Of a stretch of DNA of 64,000 bases, positions 19,975-29,570 are shown piece after piece. How positions within the stretch are numbered: position 1 is the first letter of the stretch; every line of letters starts with the position of its first letter. Below the pieces are notes generated by a model. It saw nothing but the letters and a program-made list of their open reading frames with translations. It was not told the origin of the DNA and ran no database searches. The position numbers and the translations under genes are program-made. Source of the DNA: Candidatus Latescibacterota bacterium (GTDB lineage: Bacteria; Latescibacterota; UBA2968; GCA-2709665); NCBI GenBank assembly GCA_965226795.1, contig CBDDDZ010000004.1, forward strand, positions 704,001 to 768,000, given 5' to 3'.

Positions 19975-20937
19975 TCATGTCCCCGAGATGGCGTCGATCA
20001 TCTCCATCGTCTTCACCGCGTCGTCCAGACTACAGGCCGGGAACGGAAGTGCGCCTCCATTCTGGACCCATCTCAAGAACGTGCGATCCTGCTGATAAAA
20101 TCCTGGTTTGTAGCGGCGATCAATGTCATTCCCTTCGACGTTCTCCGGCTGTCCGCCTCTGCGTCTCAAGGTTGCGGCTTGCCCAAGAGCGGACGTGAAG
20201 GTAACCCCATTGCCGCGCACTTCCACGCGGTGCCCTCCCGGAGCGAACCAGTCCATAGAGGCACGCCCGACAGCCCCGCCTGTGAAGGTCAACAGCGCCG
20301 AACAGCAGTCCGGCATGGGACCTTCCACAGTATGGTGCATCGGCTGGACGCTCATCACGTCACCGCCGAAGAATCGCAACAGGTCCAAGGCGTGGATGCC
20401 GTTTGCTACGCTCCAGCGTTTCAGGACCTTTTCAGGAAATTTCGGGTTTTCCCGGACCCGCTGGATATCTTCGTGGGCGTCCACAGTGACGCTTTGTACC
20501 GGCCCGGATTCGAGGATCAGCTCCCTGCCCTTGAGAAGCGTGGAATAGAACCGCCGATTTACGCCCACCATCGCCGGCGTACCCACCGCTCGCGCCAGAT
20601 CGGCCAGCGCACGGGTCTGGCACGTATAGAGGCCAGGAGGCTTTTCCAGAAAGGTCGGGATACCGGACCGAATGAAGTCTGCGGCGACCGCAGCGACCTG
20701 GAGGACACTCACGAGAACGAAAACGGCGTCGGGCCGATCCCCTTCCAGCAGGCTCTCGTGCAAGTTCAGGCGATTCGACACGCCGAACCGCGCTCCTGTC
20801 TCTTCCAGAACGCGGGGGTTGCTGTCCACAAGCGTCGTCACACACCCCTCGCGAAGGTCGGTGAGTACTTTCAGGTGCCTCTGCGCTATGTTTCCGGCTC
20901 CGACTACCGCAATGTTCAGCATTTCGTCCTGTTCCAT
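19975..20937 (-). CDS. Gfo/Idh/MocA-family oxidoreductase
   Basis: VVGAGNIA, LEKP, G.NRRF, GIHALD. Confidence 0.92.
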   Translation of the reverse strand: MEQDEMLNIAVVGAGNIAQRHLKVLTDLREGCVTTLVDSNPRVLEETGARFGVSNRLNLHESLLEGDRPDAVFVLVSVLQVAAVAADFIRSGIPTFLEKPPGLYTCQTRALADLARAVGTPAMVGVNRRFYSTLLKGRELILESGPVQSVTVDAHEDIQRVRENPKFPEKVLKRWSVANGIHALDLLRFFGGDVMSVQPMHHTVEGPMPDCCSALLTFTGGAVGRASMDWFAPGGHRVEVRGNGVTFTSALGQAATLRRRGGQPENVEGNDIDRRYKPGFYQQDRTFLRWVQNGGALPFPACSLDDAVKTMEMIDAISGT

Positions 20938-20981
20938 GTAAGCATTGCACGCCTTGAAGTAACGAATCTGTTCCTCTGGGC

Positions 20982-21380
20982 TCAGATCTCTCGTTTTGAG
21001 CCCGTCGGCAAGGGGTGATACTTCACCTCAACTTCCACATCTGTGACTCTCAGCGGTCTCACCAAATCGTCCGGTCGCTCCACCAGCGGATCTCCAAACG
21101 GTTCGCCCCCTGATGTGGCCGCACCCGCTGCAAGTCAAATATCAGCCACATGCTCTGGTACGGAGCGACCTTATAGCCGTATTCCCGGCGGCATATCTCC
21201 CCTTGCAGCGACTGGCCGTTGAGCGCGATTTCCAAGCGGTCGTCCGAGACCAGATCGACGATCTTGATCCGCAAGAGCACCTGACTGACGCGGCCTTCTT
21301 GCGCGTCGTCGACCAAGTAAAAGGGAATGGTATGCTGTGCCCGGTCGTCGGCTGCGATCTCCTCCGGCAGCGGGTGACCT
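20982..21380 (-). pseudogene. Orphan C-terminal gene fragment with frameshift
   Basis: HTIPFYLVDD..LRIKI..LNG..WLIFDL....P.QG.NRLEI then frameshift to VERPDDLVRPLRVTDVEVEVKY; no start or N-terminus. Confidence 0.5.
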
Positions 21381-21630
21381 GTTGTTCCATTGGTTTATCG
21401 GAACAACAGGGGACGCCTGTTTCTGACGTCCGAGGCTGCTGGTGAGCGGCGCGTCTTCTGCCGCGAACAAACCCCCAGCCCCCAGACCGGACGCGCCGTC
21501 GTTGCATTATTCGGGGCGACCGCCGCGCGCCCCTACGAAGAACAGGCATTCGCGAATCGAAATCCGATGGGCGAAGGGGGGTCTTCTTACGTCTCCCGTC
21601 TCCCCTCTCCCCGCTCTTTGCTGATTGCTT

Positions 21631-21780
21631 TTATTCCTTTTCATCTTCGATTCGATGTTGTCGATCGATGGATTCGAAGAGGGATCTGACGTCGAAAAAG
21701 CCGCCGATGCCGACGATAACGGTGACCACTGCGAAGATTAGCAGTCCGATGAGGAGCACGGCGCCCGCACAATGGCTTGT
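21631..21780 (-). pseudogene. C-terminal fragment of a small membrane protein
   Basis: LLIGLLIFAVVTVIVGIGGFFDVRSLFESID; 5' part abuts the REP/RAYT remnant. Confidence 0.45.
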
Positions 21781-21806
21781 CGAGCTATTGAGGAAGCGTG
21801 TCTGAA

Positions 21807-22110
21807 GGTGGGGCAGACATTCCTGTCTGCCCTTCTCATCGTCCTTCTGTCGTAATACAGACAGAAAAACGGCTTGCACCGCCTTTATGGAGCCAATAGC
21901 CCTGGCGGTTCTTGATCCGCAGCATACGCGCATTCTGTAAGCCGCGGCGTTTGCCCCGGGGGATTGCGTCATCGAGACGAAAGGTGATCCAATAGATAGC
22001 GCCGTCCTTTTTCCAGTGTGGGAGACGGCGGCGAATCGTTGGGTTCCCGGAGACAGGATTCAGAGATTTTGGTCTAAAATACGTGAGCAGACAGGAATGT
22101 CTGCTCCACC
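21807..22110 (-). mobile_element. Internally deleted REP-associated tyrosine transposase (RAYT) remnant flanked by inverted REPs
   Basis: RRRLPHW...GAIYWITFRL.D; GGTGGGGCAGACATTCCTGTCTGCC (21807-21831) and GAGCAGACAGGAATGTCTGCTCCACC (22085-22110). Confidence 0.7.
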
Positions 22111-22178
22111 CTTTCAAGCTTTTGCGTAACCATAATAAAGCGAGTTGAATAAAGAAACGACCGTATGGATCATTCAGA

Positions 22179-22796
22179 TTACGGCCATGTAGGGCGTTCC
22201 ATCGAAAAAGATCCGGTGACGCACGCATAGTCCAGGTACCCGAGACGCCCCACCGGTTTCAGGGCTACGGTGTCGACAAGGCCATCCTTTATAGCCCGGT
22301 CGGCAATATGGATGCCAACCACCTGACCGAAAACAACCGTGTTCGGATCGTCCTGATTGTCCGTTGGCAGATCCACGGTGCGGGTATGGATACACTCCAG
22401 ATGCACCGGGCTTTCCGCCACACGGGGAGGCTTTACAAGCATTGAAGGCGCCTGTGTGACGCCCGCGTATTCGAACTCGTTGACGTTTCCGGGTGCAGGT
22501 ACAGCGGTCGCGTTCATCTGTGTTCGAAGCTCCCAGGTGGCGAGGTTTACCACGAATTCGCCCGTTTCCTGCGCGTTCTTTATGGAATCCTTCAATCCTC
22601 CGTGGGTGTGTGTGGTTGTGGCGGCGAACATGACCTGCGGCGGGGTATAGGCCACGGCGTTAAAGAACGAGTACGGGGCCAGGTTGAGCGTTCCCTGCGC
22701 GTCTATCGACGAAATCCATCCTATCGGTCTCGGCACAACGATGGCGTTGAAGGGATCGCGACGCAGGCCGTGGTGTTCGGACGTCCTGTAAAACAT
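22179..22796 (-). CDS. Flavin reductase family (DIM6/NTAB) protein
   Basis: VVPRPIGWIS, NLAPYSFFN, KDS..N...TGEFVVN, RLG..DY. Confidence 0.92.
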   Translation of the reverse strand: MFYRTSEHHGLRRDPFNAIVVPRPIGWISSIDAQGTLNLAPYSFFNAVAYTPPQVMFAATTTHTHGGLKDSIKNAQETGEFVVNLATWELRTQMNATAVPAPGNVNEFEYAGVTQAPSMLVKPPRVAESPVHLECIHTRTVDLPTDNQDDPNTVVFGQVVGIHIADRAIKDGLVDTVALKPVGRLGYLDYACVTGSFSMERPTWP

Positions 22797-22928
22797 GCTC
22801 GGGGCCTCCCTTTCCGGAGGTTATGCCGCGTTCTCTGTAGATTGTACCGTGGATGTGCAGTCAACAGCCACCGCGAGGTCCATATTCCGTTACGAACCCA
22901 CCCGATCCTCCGGGGCAGGACACCAGGC

Positions 22929-23930
22929 CTATTTCCACTTGAACACAACACCCAGTGCATCACTCGGATCGTCGGCGAGCATCGTATAGATTTCCTCGCA
23001 CTGTTCCGGCTCCGCCACGTGGGTGATGAGGTCTTCAACGGGTAATTTGCCCTCTCCCATCAGGCGCATCACCAGCCGGCGGTCCCGTTCCTTTGCCCAT
23101 CGGTAGTAGATGTGATCGGCCTCCGGCGTTTTGGGCTGGTGGGCGCCCAGGATGCTGACTTCCCTAAGATGCACATCGGCCAGGAAATCCATATCGACGG
23201 TGCCGCGCGGGGAACCCAGCGCAACCACACGGCCAGCCGTGCACGCAAGCCGGACGGCGGTGGGATATACCGAGGGCTTTCCCGTCGCTTCGATAACGAC
23301 GTTGGCGCCGTCATCCACGCAGTGTCGGCCAACCGCCTCCCGGATGTCGTCCACATCGCCGGGATTGATGCAAAGGTCGATGCCGCGGCTTCGCGCCTTG
23401 TCCAGACGAAAGTCGTCGAGATCGATAGCGATTGCCGGCAGGGCGCCGGAGAGTCCCGCAAGCGTCGACGCGAGTTGGCCTACAATCCCCAGGCCGATAA
23501 CGACGACAACCTCGCCCAATTCGATGCGCGCCACCCGGATTCCGTGGATGGCGATAGCGCCCATGACCATGAAAGCGGCGGCTTCGGACGACACGGAATC
23601 CGGAACTCTCTGGTGGAAGGACCTGGGGCCGGAGAGGACGCAGTGGCTGGCGTGGTTTCCCTGTCCGGCTACGCGATCGCCAGGACGGATGCCCTCAACG
23701 TCCTTGCCGACTTCCAGGACCGTTCCGACGTTGCAATAGCCGGTGGCGCGTGGAAAACGAACAGGGTTTCCGGGTTCGCCTCCGTGGGTCCAGCCGTGGA
23801 TCTCCGTTCCGACGCTGACGGCGGTGTACTGGTTTTCGATAAGGATACCGTCATCTGGTACTGACCCCGTCTCGAAGGACGCCAGTTCCATCCGACGGAT
23901 ACCGGGAATGAGGAAACGTGTGGCTTTCAT
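22929..23930 (-). CDS. Medium-chain dehydrogenase (YcjQ-like subgroup)
   Basis: VS.GTE, GYCNVG, G.HASH, GLGIVG, EATG. Confidence 0.85.
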   Translation of the reverse strand: MKATRFLIPGIRRMELASFETGSVPDDGILIENQYTAVSVGTEIHGWTHGGEPGNPVRFPRATGYCNVGTVLEVGKDVEGIRPGDRVAGQGNHASHCVLSGPRSFHQRVPDSVSSEAAAFMVMGAIAIHGIRVARIELGEVVVVIGLGIVGQLASTLAGLSGALPAIAIDLDDFRLDKARSRGIDLCINPGDVDDIREAVGRHCVDDGANVVIEATGKPSVYPTAVRLACTAGRVVALGSPRGTVDMDFLADVHLREVSILGAHQPKTPEADHIYYRWAKERDRRLVMRLMGEGKLPVEDLITHVAEPEQCEEIYTMLADDPSDALGVVFKWK

Positions 23931-24000
23931 CGGGAAGACCTTTCAGGTTGTTCGACGGCGGAATGGAGCGGGTAATCGAGACAGACGCCGGGCGTGGTCT

Positions 24001-25038
24001 CTACGCCTGCCCAAGGTCCAGGGTCTCCCGGAAGAGTCGAAGGAAGTTGCCGCCCCAGACTTTCCGGATTTCGTTTTCGGAAAGGCCGCGCGCGAGCATG
24101 GCGCGGGTGAGATGCACGAGCTTTGAGACGTTCTTGACGACGGGTGTGAGCGAACCCATGCCGTCGTAGTCGGACCCGATGGCGACGTGGTCGATACCGA
24201 CCAGGTCCGCCACGTAACAGATATGGTCGACCAGCCGGTCGACGGACGGATTCCCCGGATCGATGAAACCTGGCACGAAGGCGATGCCCATCACCCCGCC
24301 TCCGCCGGCCAGGGCCTTAAGTTGATCGTCAGTAAGGCAGCGCCAGTGGTTGCAGACGGAAAAAACCGCGGTGTGGGTCATCGTCACCGGGAGCGAAGAT
24401 CGTTCAAGAACCTGGAAGAAAGCCCTGTCGTTAACGTGGGCCAGGTCGGTGATGATACCCAGCCGGTTGCTCTCCCGGAGCACGGCTTTGCCGAAGTCCG
24501 TCAGACCGCTGGCGTTCCTGCGTTCACGGTCACGGTCGTCAGGCGTGCACGGTCCAAATGGACTCCTGCTGCCCTGAAGGTAGGCCGGGGCGTCCCCGCC
24601 TTCGCCGTGGGTAATCCCCACGCAGCGCACACCCAGGCGGAAATAGAGACGTAATACATCCATCTCCCCTTCCAGCCAACGACCCGCGCCTTCGATTGTG
24701 AGAAGGATGCCGACTCTGCCGGATTCTTTCGCCCGTTCAACGTCCTGTGATGAGAGCACCAGCATCAGGTCGTCGGGATAACGATCCACCGAAGCCAGGG
24801 TTTGCTCGAGGGTAACCCGAACATTTGCCGTGGGACCGTTGCCGACCACGAAGAAACCGGCGTCGAATCCGCCTTCCCCCATCCGGAGAATGTCGATATG
24901 ATACGCATCGTCCGGTTTTTTCAGGTCCATCGGGCGCTCGCCGCGGTGCACATGTTCCACGGGCGTGTCGTTGTGTCCGTCGACGATAAGGCAGCGATGG
25001 TGGACTGCCTGCGCTTCTTCAAGGGTGATGTCCGGCAT
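24001..25038 (-). CDS. Membrane dipeptidase (peptidase M19)
   Basis: VDGHND, IEG, DLAH, TH, GIDHVAIGSDYDG, GGNFLR. Confidence 0.93.
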   Translation of the reverse strand: MPDITLEEAQAVHHRCLIVDGHNDTPVEHVHRGERPMDLKKPDDAYHIDILRMGEGGFDAGFFVVGNGPTANVRVTLEQTLASVDRYPDDLMLVLSSQDVERAKESGRVGILLTIEGAGRWLEGEMDVLRLYFRLGVRCVGITHGEGGDAPAYLQGSRSPFGPCTPDDRDRERRNASGLTDFGKAVLRESNRLGIITDLAHVNDRAFFQVLERSSLPVTMTHTAVFSVCNHWRCLTDDQLKALAGGGGVMGIAFVPGFIDPGNPSVDRLVDHICYVADLVGIDHVAIGSDYDGMGSLTPVVKNVSKLVHLTRAMLARGLSENEIRKVWGGNFLRLFRETLDLGQA

Positions 25039-25109
25039 GGGAATTGGGTCCTCTGCTGTGGGATAACGGTGTGCCCTTGCGGGTAGGTATGATGCGCTCT
25101 CAGGTCGGT

Positions 25110-26432
25110 CTACGGAGGGTCGACCGGTACGTTCTGGTTCTTGCGGACCAGGGGATCGTATGTAAATCCGTCGGACCGTTTTTCGAACTCGGCGCGCACC
25201 TGTTTCATGTTCTCCGGGCTCCGGCAGAGGTCAACTGCGGTTCCTGCGAAGACTTTGGCGGTCTGCTGGATCGCATGCTCGGCGAAAGGCAGGGCGGCCT
25301 GCGCGGCCATTTCCCGGTGATGGCCAGGCGTTCCCTTTGCATAACAGACCATCTGGAAGCGTCCCAGAGGGGCCAGCCAGGAAACGTTGTCTTCGTCGGA
25401 GGAGCCCCGGCCCTGCGAGCCGCCGCCCTTGCCGATCTTCGTATTGAACCCCTTTTTGTAGCCCAGGGCTTCCACGCGCTTCACGTCAGCTTCCGTCGGT
25501 TCGGGCGGTCCGAAGAGTTTCAGATTTTTTCGAACAATCTCACACATTGACTTGTTGGGCAGACGCGGGTACACGGCGGTGATACGCGACCATTTCATCC
25601 TCGTGTCCGTGGCTCCGGCGGCGCCCCGGGCGCAGGCGGTGAGGCGTTCACGCACTTCGTCTACCTGCGCGCGGTCCTTGCCCCGTACGAAGTACCAGAT
25701 TTTGGCATAGGCCGGCACCACGTTGGGGGCGTCGCCTCCGTTGCGAATGACGGAATGAATCCTGACGTTTTCGGGTACATGCTCCCGGAGGTAGTTGGCG
25801 GCAATATCCGTGAGCATCACCCCGTCCAGGGCGCTGCGGCCCCGGTGAGCCCACGCGCCGTGGGCGGTACGGCCGAAGAATTCGTAAACGACGGAGTCCA
25901 GCGACGATCCCCCGAAATTGTTGACGCCGGAAGAACTCCCCGGATGCCAGGCGAGGCAGGCGTCCAGGTCCCGAAACGCGCCGTCGCGAGCCATATACAC
26001 TTTGCCCGCCAGGGTTTCCTCCGCCGGACAGCCGTAGTAGACGATTTTGCCCGATGTTCCGGTTGATTCGAGGATTTTTGCAGCGGCGACCGCACCCACG
26101 GCCGGGGCAACGCCCAGCAGATTGTGGCCTCAGCCATGCCCCCAGTCACCTTCCTCGGGACCGCAGTTCGGGAGCGCGTCGTATTCCCCCAGCATCCCGA
26201 TCGCCGGTTCTCCGTTGCCCCGGGTCGCTCGAAATGCCGTGGGGATTTTCTTGAAAGAGAATTCGACCTCGAAGCCGTGCGAAGCCAGGTAGTCCGCGAC
26301 CGCTCCCGAGGATTTGACCTCCCGGAAGGGCCGTTCCGCCCAGGCGTGCACCCGCCTGGAAAGGTCCACGGCGCGTTTCGACTCATCCGCTACGGTGCGA
26401 TCGATGAGGTCCTTTTTTTCTTTCGAGGTCAT
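25110..26432 (-). CDS. AbgB-like M20D amidohydrolase (440 aa) with in-frame TGA at the conserved Cys; candidate selenoprotein (or nonsense pseudogene)
   Basis: ORFs 26130..26432 and 25110..26099 are one frame: EYDALP..GHG*GHNLLG..GCPAEE..WHP..GRTAH..NYLREH..PNVVP..TPGH. Confidence 0.8.
26094..26129 (-). promoter_or_regulatory. Putative bacterial SECIS element
   Basis: UGA-GG-CCAC-AAUCU-GCUGGGC-GUU-GCCC(C)GGC-C-GUGG; G-first apical loop 18 nt after UGA. Confidence 0.55.
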
Positions 26433-26543
26433 GACATATCCCTTCTGTAAAAAAACGCCGGTCCACGGTTACTGGAATTGCCGCGTTGGATCGTCAACTG
26501 TTCCGGATCGATCTTCGCCCCGAGTTTTCGAACGGTACATCTT

Positions 26544-26705
26544 GCAGTCCGTTGATAAAGTCGCTCTGCAGGCGGGACCGAGTCATTGTGGCCGAAGACA
26601 AGGCGCGCGACCGAGGCGAATCGGGGGATTCGAGGAGCGAGCGCAACGCCGTAAGTCGGCCACAAGGGCCGGACGCAGCCCGGATGGACTTTTCCAACGG
26701 GCTGC
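26544..26705. mobile_element. MITE-like element (~162 bp)
   Basis: Terminal IRs GCAGTCCGTTGATAAAGTC / GACTTTTCCAACGGGCTGC (16/19) and internal perfect IR TTGTGGCCGA / TCGGCCACAA. Confidence 0.65.
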
Positions 26706-27793
26706 TAGGGATTAACGATGGCATCAACGACCGCGTCGGCCACCTCCGGAGTCGCAGCTGCCCCACCCAGGTCCGCCGGATGGTTTGCCGGATGGACAAG
26801 CGTTCGATCGACGGCGCGGTCAATGGTCTGCGAGGCGGCGGCGGCTTCCGGATCGTTATGGCGGCTGCCCAGCCAGGACAGCATCATCCCCGCGGAGAGG
26901 ATCTGGGCTATGGGGTTGGCGATGCCCTTCCCGGCTATATCGGGGGCGGTACCGTGGGAAGGCTGGAAGACGCCGTAACGATCGCCTACGTCGGCCGAGG
27001 GCGCCATACCCATCCCGCCGATAGTAGCTGCGGCCAGGTCCGAAATGATGTCCCCGAACATATTTTCGGCAACGACAACGTCGTACCACGCGGGGTTGCG
27101 TAACTGGTACACGGTGAAGGCGTCCACGTAGGCATAATCCCGTTCGATGTCGGGATAGGATTCTGCAACCTCGTCGTAGATCTGCCTGAAAAAGGCCATG
27201 CTTTTCAGAATGTTGGCCTTGTCCACCGAGGTGACGCGACTCTTACCGTCGGCGGGCGCCCCCTTCCGTTGCTTCGCGATTTCAAAGGCGTACCGTACAA
27301 TCCGCTCGGTACCGGCGCGGGTGATGACCATATTGTCGACGGCGAGACTGTCGCCGAGGCGAACCCCGGCGCCGCGGGAGGCGTAAAGGCCTTCGGTATT
27401 CTCGCGCATAATGACGTAGTCGAGCGGCGGATTCCCTTCGAGAAGCGGAGGCACGCCGCGATATTTTTTGATGGGCCGGATCCCGGCGTAAAGGTCGAGT
27501 ACGAAGCGCAGTGTCAGTTGCGGAGCGATTTCCGTGCCGTCCGGAAATCGGATATCGGGATCGCCCGCGGAACCGAAAAGGACGGCATCGGCCTGCTTGC
27601 ATGCATCGAGCGTGGGATCGGGCAGGTCATTACCGGTTTCGGCGTAACACCTGGCGCCCACCGGGTGTTCCGAAAAGGCGAATCGGAGATCTGGAAGCGG
27701 CTCCTCGAGCGCCAGAAGGACTTTGAGTGCTTCCGCGACCACTTCCGGGCCGACGCCGTCTCCGGGGAGTACGGCGATGTTGTACGTTGGCAT
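26705..27793 (-). CDS. Isocitrate/isopropylmalate dehydrogenase-family decarboxylating dehydrogenase
   Basis: PGDGVGPEV, RENTEGLY, VDKAN, NMFGDI.SD, HGTAPDIAG..ANP; ATG at 27793. Confidence 0.92.
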   Translation of the reverse strand: MPTYNIAVLPGDGVGPEVVAEALKVLLALEEPLPDLRFAFSEHPVGARCYAETGNDLPDPTLDACKQADAVLFGSAGDPDIRFPDGTEIAPQLTLRFVLDLYAGIRPIKKYRGVPPLLEGNPPLDYVIMRENTEGLYASRGAGVRLGDSLAVDNMVITRAGTERIVRYAFEIAKQRKGAPADGKSRVTSVDKANILKSMAFFRQIYDEVAESYPDIERDYAYVDAFTVYQLRNPAWYDVVVAENMFGDIISDLAAATIGGMGMAPSADVGDRYGVFQPSHGTAPDIAGKGIANPIAQILSAGMMLSWLGSRHNDPEAAAASQTIDRAVDRTLVHPANHPADLGGAAATPEVADAVVDAIVNP

Positions 27794-27828
27794 GCACGCC
27801 CTCTCAAGGTATGTTGAACGTTGAAAAC

Positions 27829-27915
27829 AGCGAAACGCGGGCATTTCGACAAGCTTGCTTCGACAAGCTCAGCACAGGCAATGACCACGCTTCGACAGGC
27901 TCGTTTCGACAGGCC
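27829..27915. repeat. TTCGACARGC repeat cluster, dispersed family copy 1
   Basis: Four units at 27845, 27859, 27891, 27905; matches 57781-57818 in reverse orientation. Confidence 0.75.
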
Positions 27916-28051
27916 GTTTCAACCGTTGCCAAACTGACAGTTTGCGCAACCTGATCGAGCGCCTTCACCTCCCCATCACCCCCGCCTCCGGGGGAGTCAC
28001 CGCCAAGGGTGGCGGTGGAGGGCCTCCATATCGTCAGCGGCGGCGGGTAAC

Positions 28052-29194
28052 CTAGCGATCGTGGATCCCGATACGGAATCCACCTTCGGATTTCACGCAA
28101 CGTTCCAGCATGTCCGGCTCGACGTCTAATCCCGCGCCGGGCGTATCGGGTACGATCAGCTTGCCGTTTCGCATCTGCCATCCGTCCAGGACGATGCCCG
28201 GCATTTCCGCGGGAGCCGCTTCCAGGAGGCTGAAGTTGGGAATGGCGGCGGCGAAGTGGGCGTGCGCGTAGCGTTCGATGATACTCCCCCAGCTATGTGG
28301 CGCACACTTCGCGCCCCATAGCTGGATACGATCCGCGGTGGCTTTCCACCAGGTCAGTCCCATGTATCGGAAGTCGTGTTGCACAACGTCGATCCATCCA
28401 TTTTCGACCATATCGAAGAAGTATGGCGGAGGCGGCCCGGATTCACCGTCGGCCACGAGCGTGTTGTAGCCTCTCTGTTCGATGGCTTCCTTGAAGGCCG
28501 GGTTGAACGCCCGGTCTTCGGGAAACGGTTCTTCGAACCAATAGACCCCCACGCCGCGGCAGCGTTCGAGAATATCCAGAGCGATATTGAGCGTGGTTCC
28601 GTTGTTGGCGTCAACGAGGATCTTCGCGTCCGGTCCCGCTGCTTCCCGGACGGCGTGGATCACCAGCACGTCCCTGTCCGTTCCTTCCCGGACGGGCATC
28701 CAACGCGCGCCACGGCCGATTTTAATTTTGAAATTGCGATAGCCGTGGTTGTATCCGGTACGGACCTCTTCGTGAAAGATGCGCCGGGCCTGGTCGTCGG
28801 TTGCTCCCAAATCGTCGATATAGATGGAGCCGTCATAGAGTTCCACTTCGCGGGAGCCACGCCCTCCCAGGAGTTGATAAAGAGGCGCCCGTTCACATCT
28901 GGCGGCCAGATCCCACAGGGGCAGGTCGATGGCCGCACCGGCCCCCTTTGACCCGTGGGGAAATTCAAACAGGTCCGCGGGTCGCATTCCGAGTAGCGAT
29001 TCGGCGCGCTCCCTGTCAAGGGAAGACCAGCCGATACCGACAGCGCCGCCCTCGGTACAGATGCGCACAACCGGGTCGGTGACGGCCTGGCCATGCGCTC
29101 CGATACGGGCATTCAAGCCGATACTGCGCGGACGTTTCCCCCGGAGGACAACCTTTTCGATCTTGACGATGGGGTCGGAAAAAGTGCTGGACAT
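28052..29194 (-). CDS. Enolase-superfamily (mandelate racemase/MLE-like) enzyme
   Basis: ID..LWDL, KIKIG, VDAN, W.EEP, DGE, PHSWG. Confidence 0.88.
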   Translation of the reverse strand: MSSTFSDPIVKIEKVVLRGKRPRSIGLNARIGAHGQAVTDPVVRICTEGGAVGIGWSSLDRERAESLLGMRPADLFEFPHGSKGAGAAIDLPLWDLAARCERAPLYQLLGGRGSREVELYDGSIYIDDLGATDDQARRIFHEEVRTGYNHGYRNFKIKIGRGARWMPVREGTDRDVLVIHAVREAAGPDAKILVDANNGTTLNIALDILERCRGVGVYWFEEPFPEDRAFNPAFKEAIEQRGYNTLVADGESGPPPPYFFDMVENGWIDVVQHDFRYMGLTWWKATADRIQLWGAKCAPHSWGSIIERYAHAHFAAAIPNFSLLEAAPAEMPGIVLDGWQMRNGKLIVPDTPGAGLDVEPDMLERCVKSEGGFRIGIHDR

Positions 29195-29315
29195 CGTGGG
29201 AACCCAGAAGCCAGGATGGATGCGCGGGGAGGTAAAGTAAACCAAAAATCGACGATTGGAAATCAAAAAAGCCGGTGTCGCAATGCCCTCCGTTTTTGCA
29301 CGCTGGTATTAGGTC

Positions 29316-29344
29316 TTGACCGACGGTACAAGATGTGGTATTTT
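29316..29344 (+). promoter_or_regulatory. Probable sigma70 promoter for smc
   Basis: TTGACC-N17-TATTTT with extended -10 TG. Confidence 0.4.
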
Positions 29345-29570
29345 TCAGGCATTGCAACGGATTTTCCCCCAATTTGTTGCGTTATCCGCACCTCCCGAAC
29401 CTTCCCCGATTCTATTTATACTCGCTATTCCGGACCAATAGCGAACGTCCGCACAGTCCGGATGACGACACGACGGATCGCAACGCCTGTCGTTCCCTCG
29501 CGACCAGGGTGTCGGTCACGTGTATCCGTACTGACATGCCGGATGTTTGTGTATTTCAGGAGGCGATGCT

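Noticed and set aside
27829..27915. CRISPR array
   Set aside because: Units are only 10-14 nt with irregular spacing, and there are no cas genes
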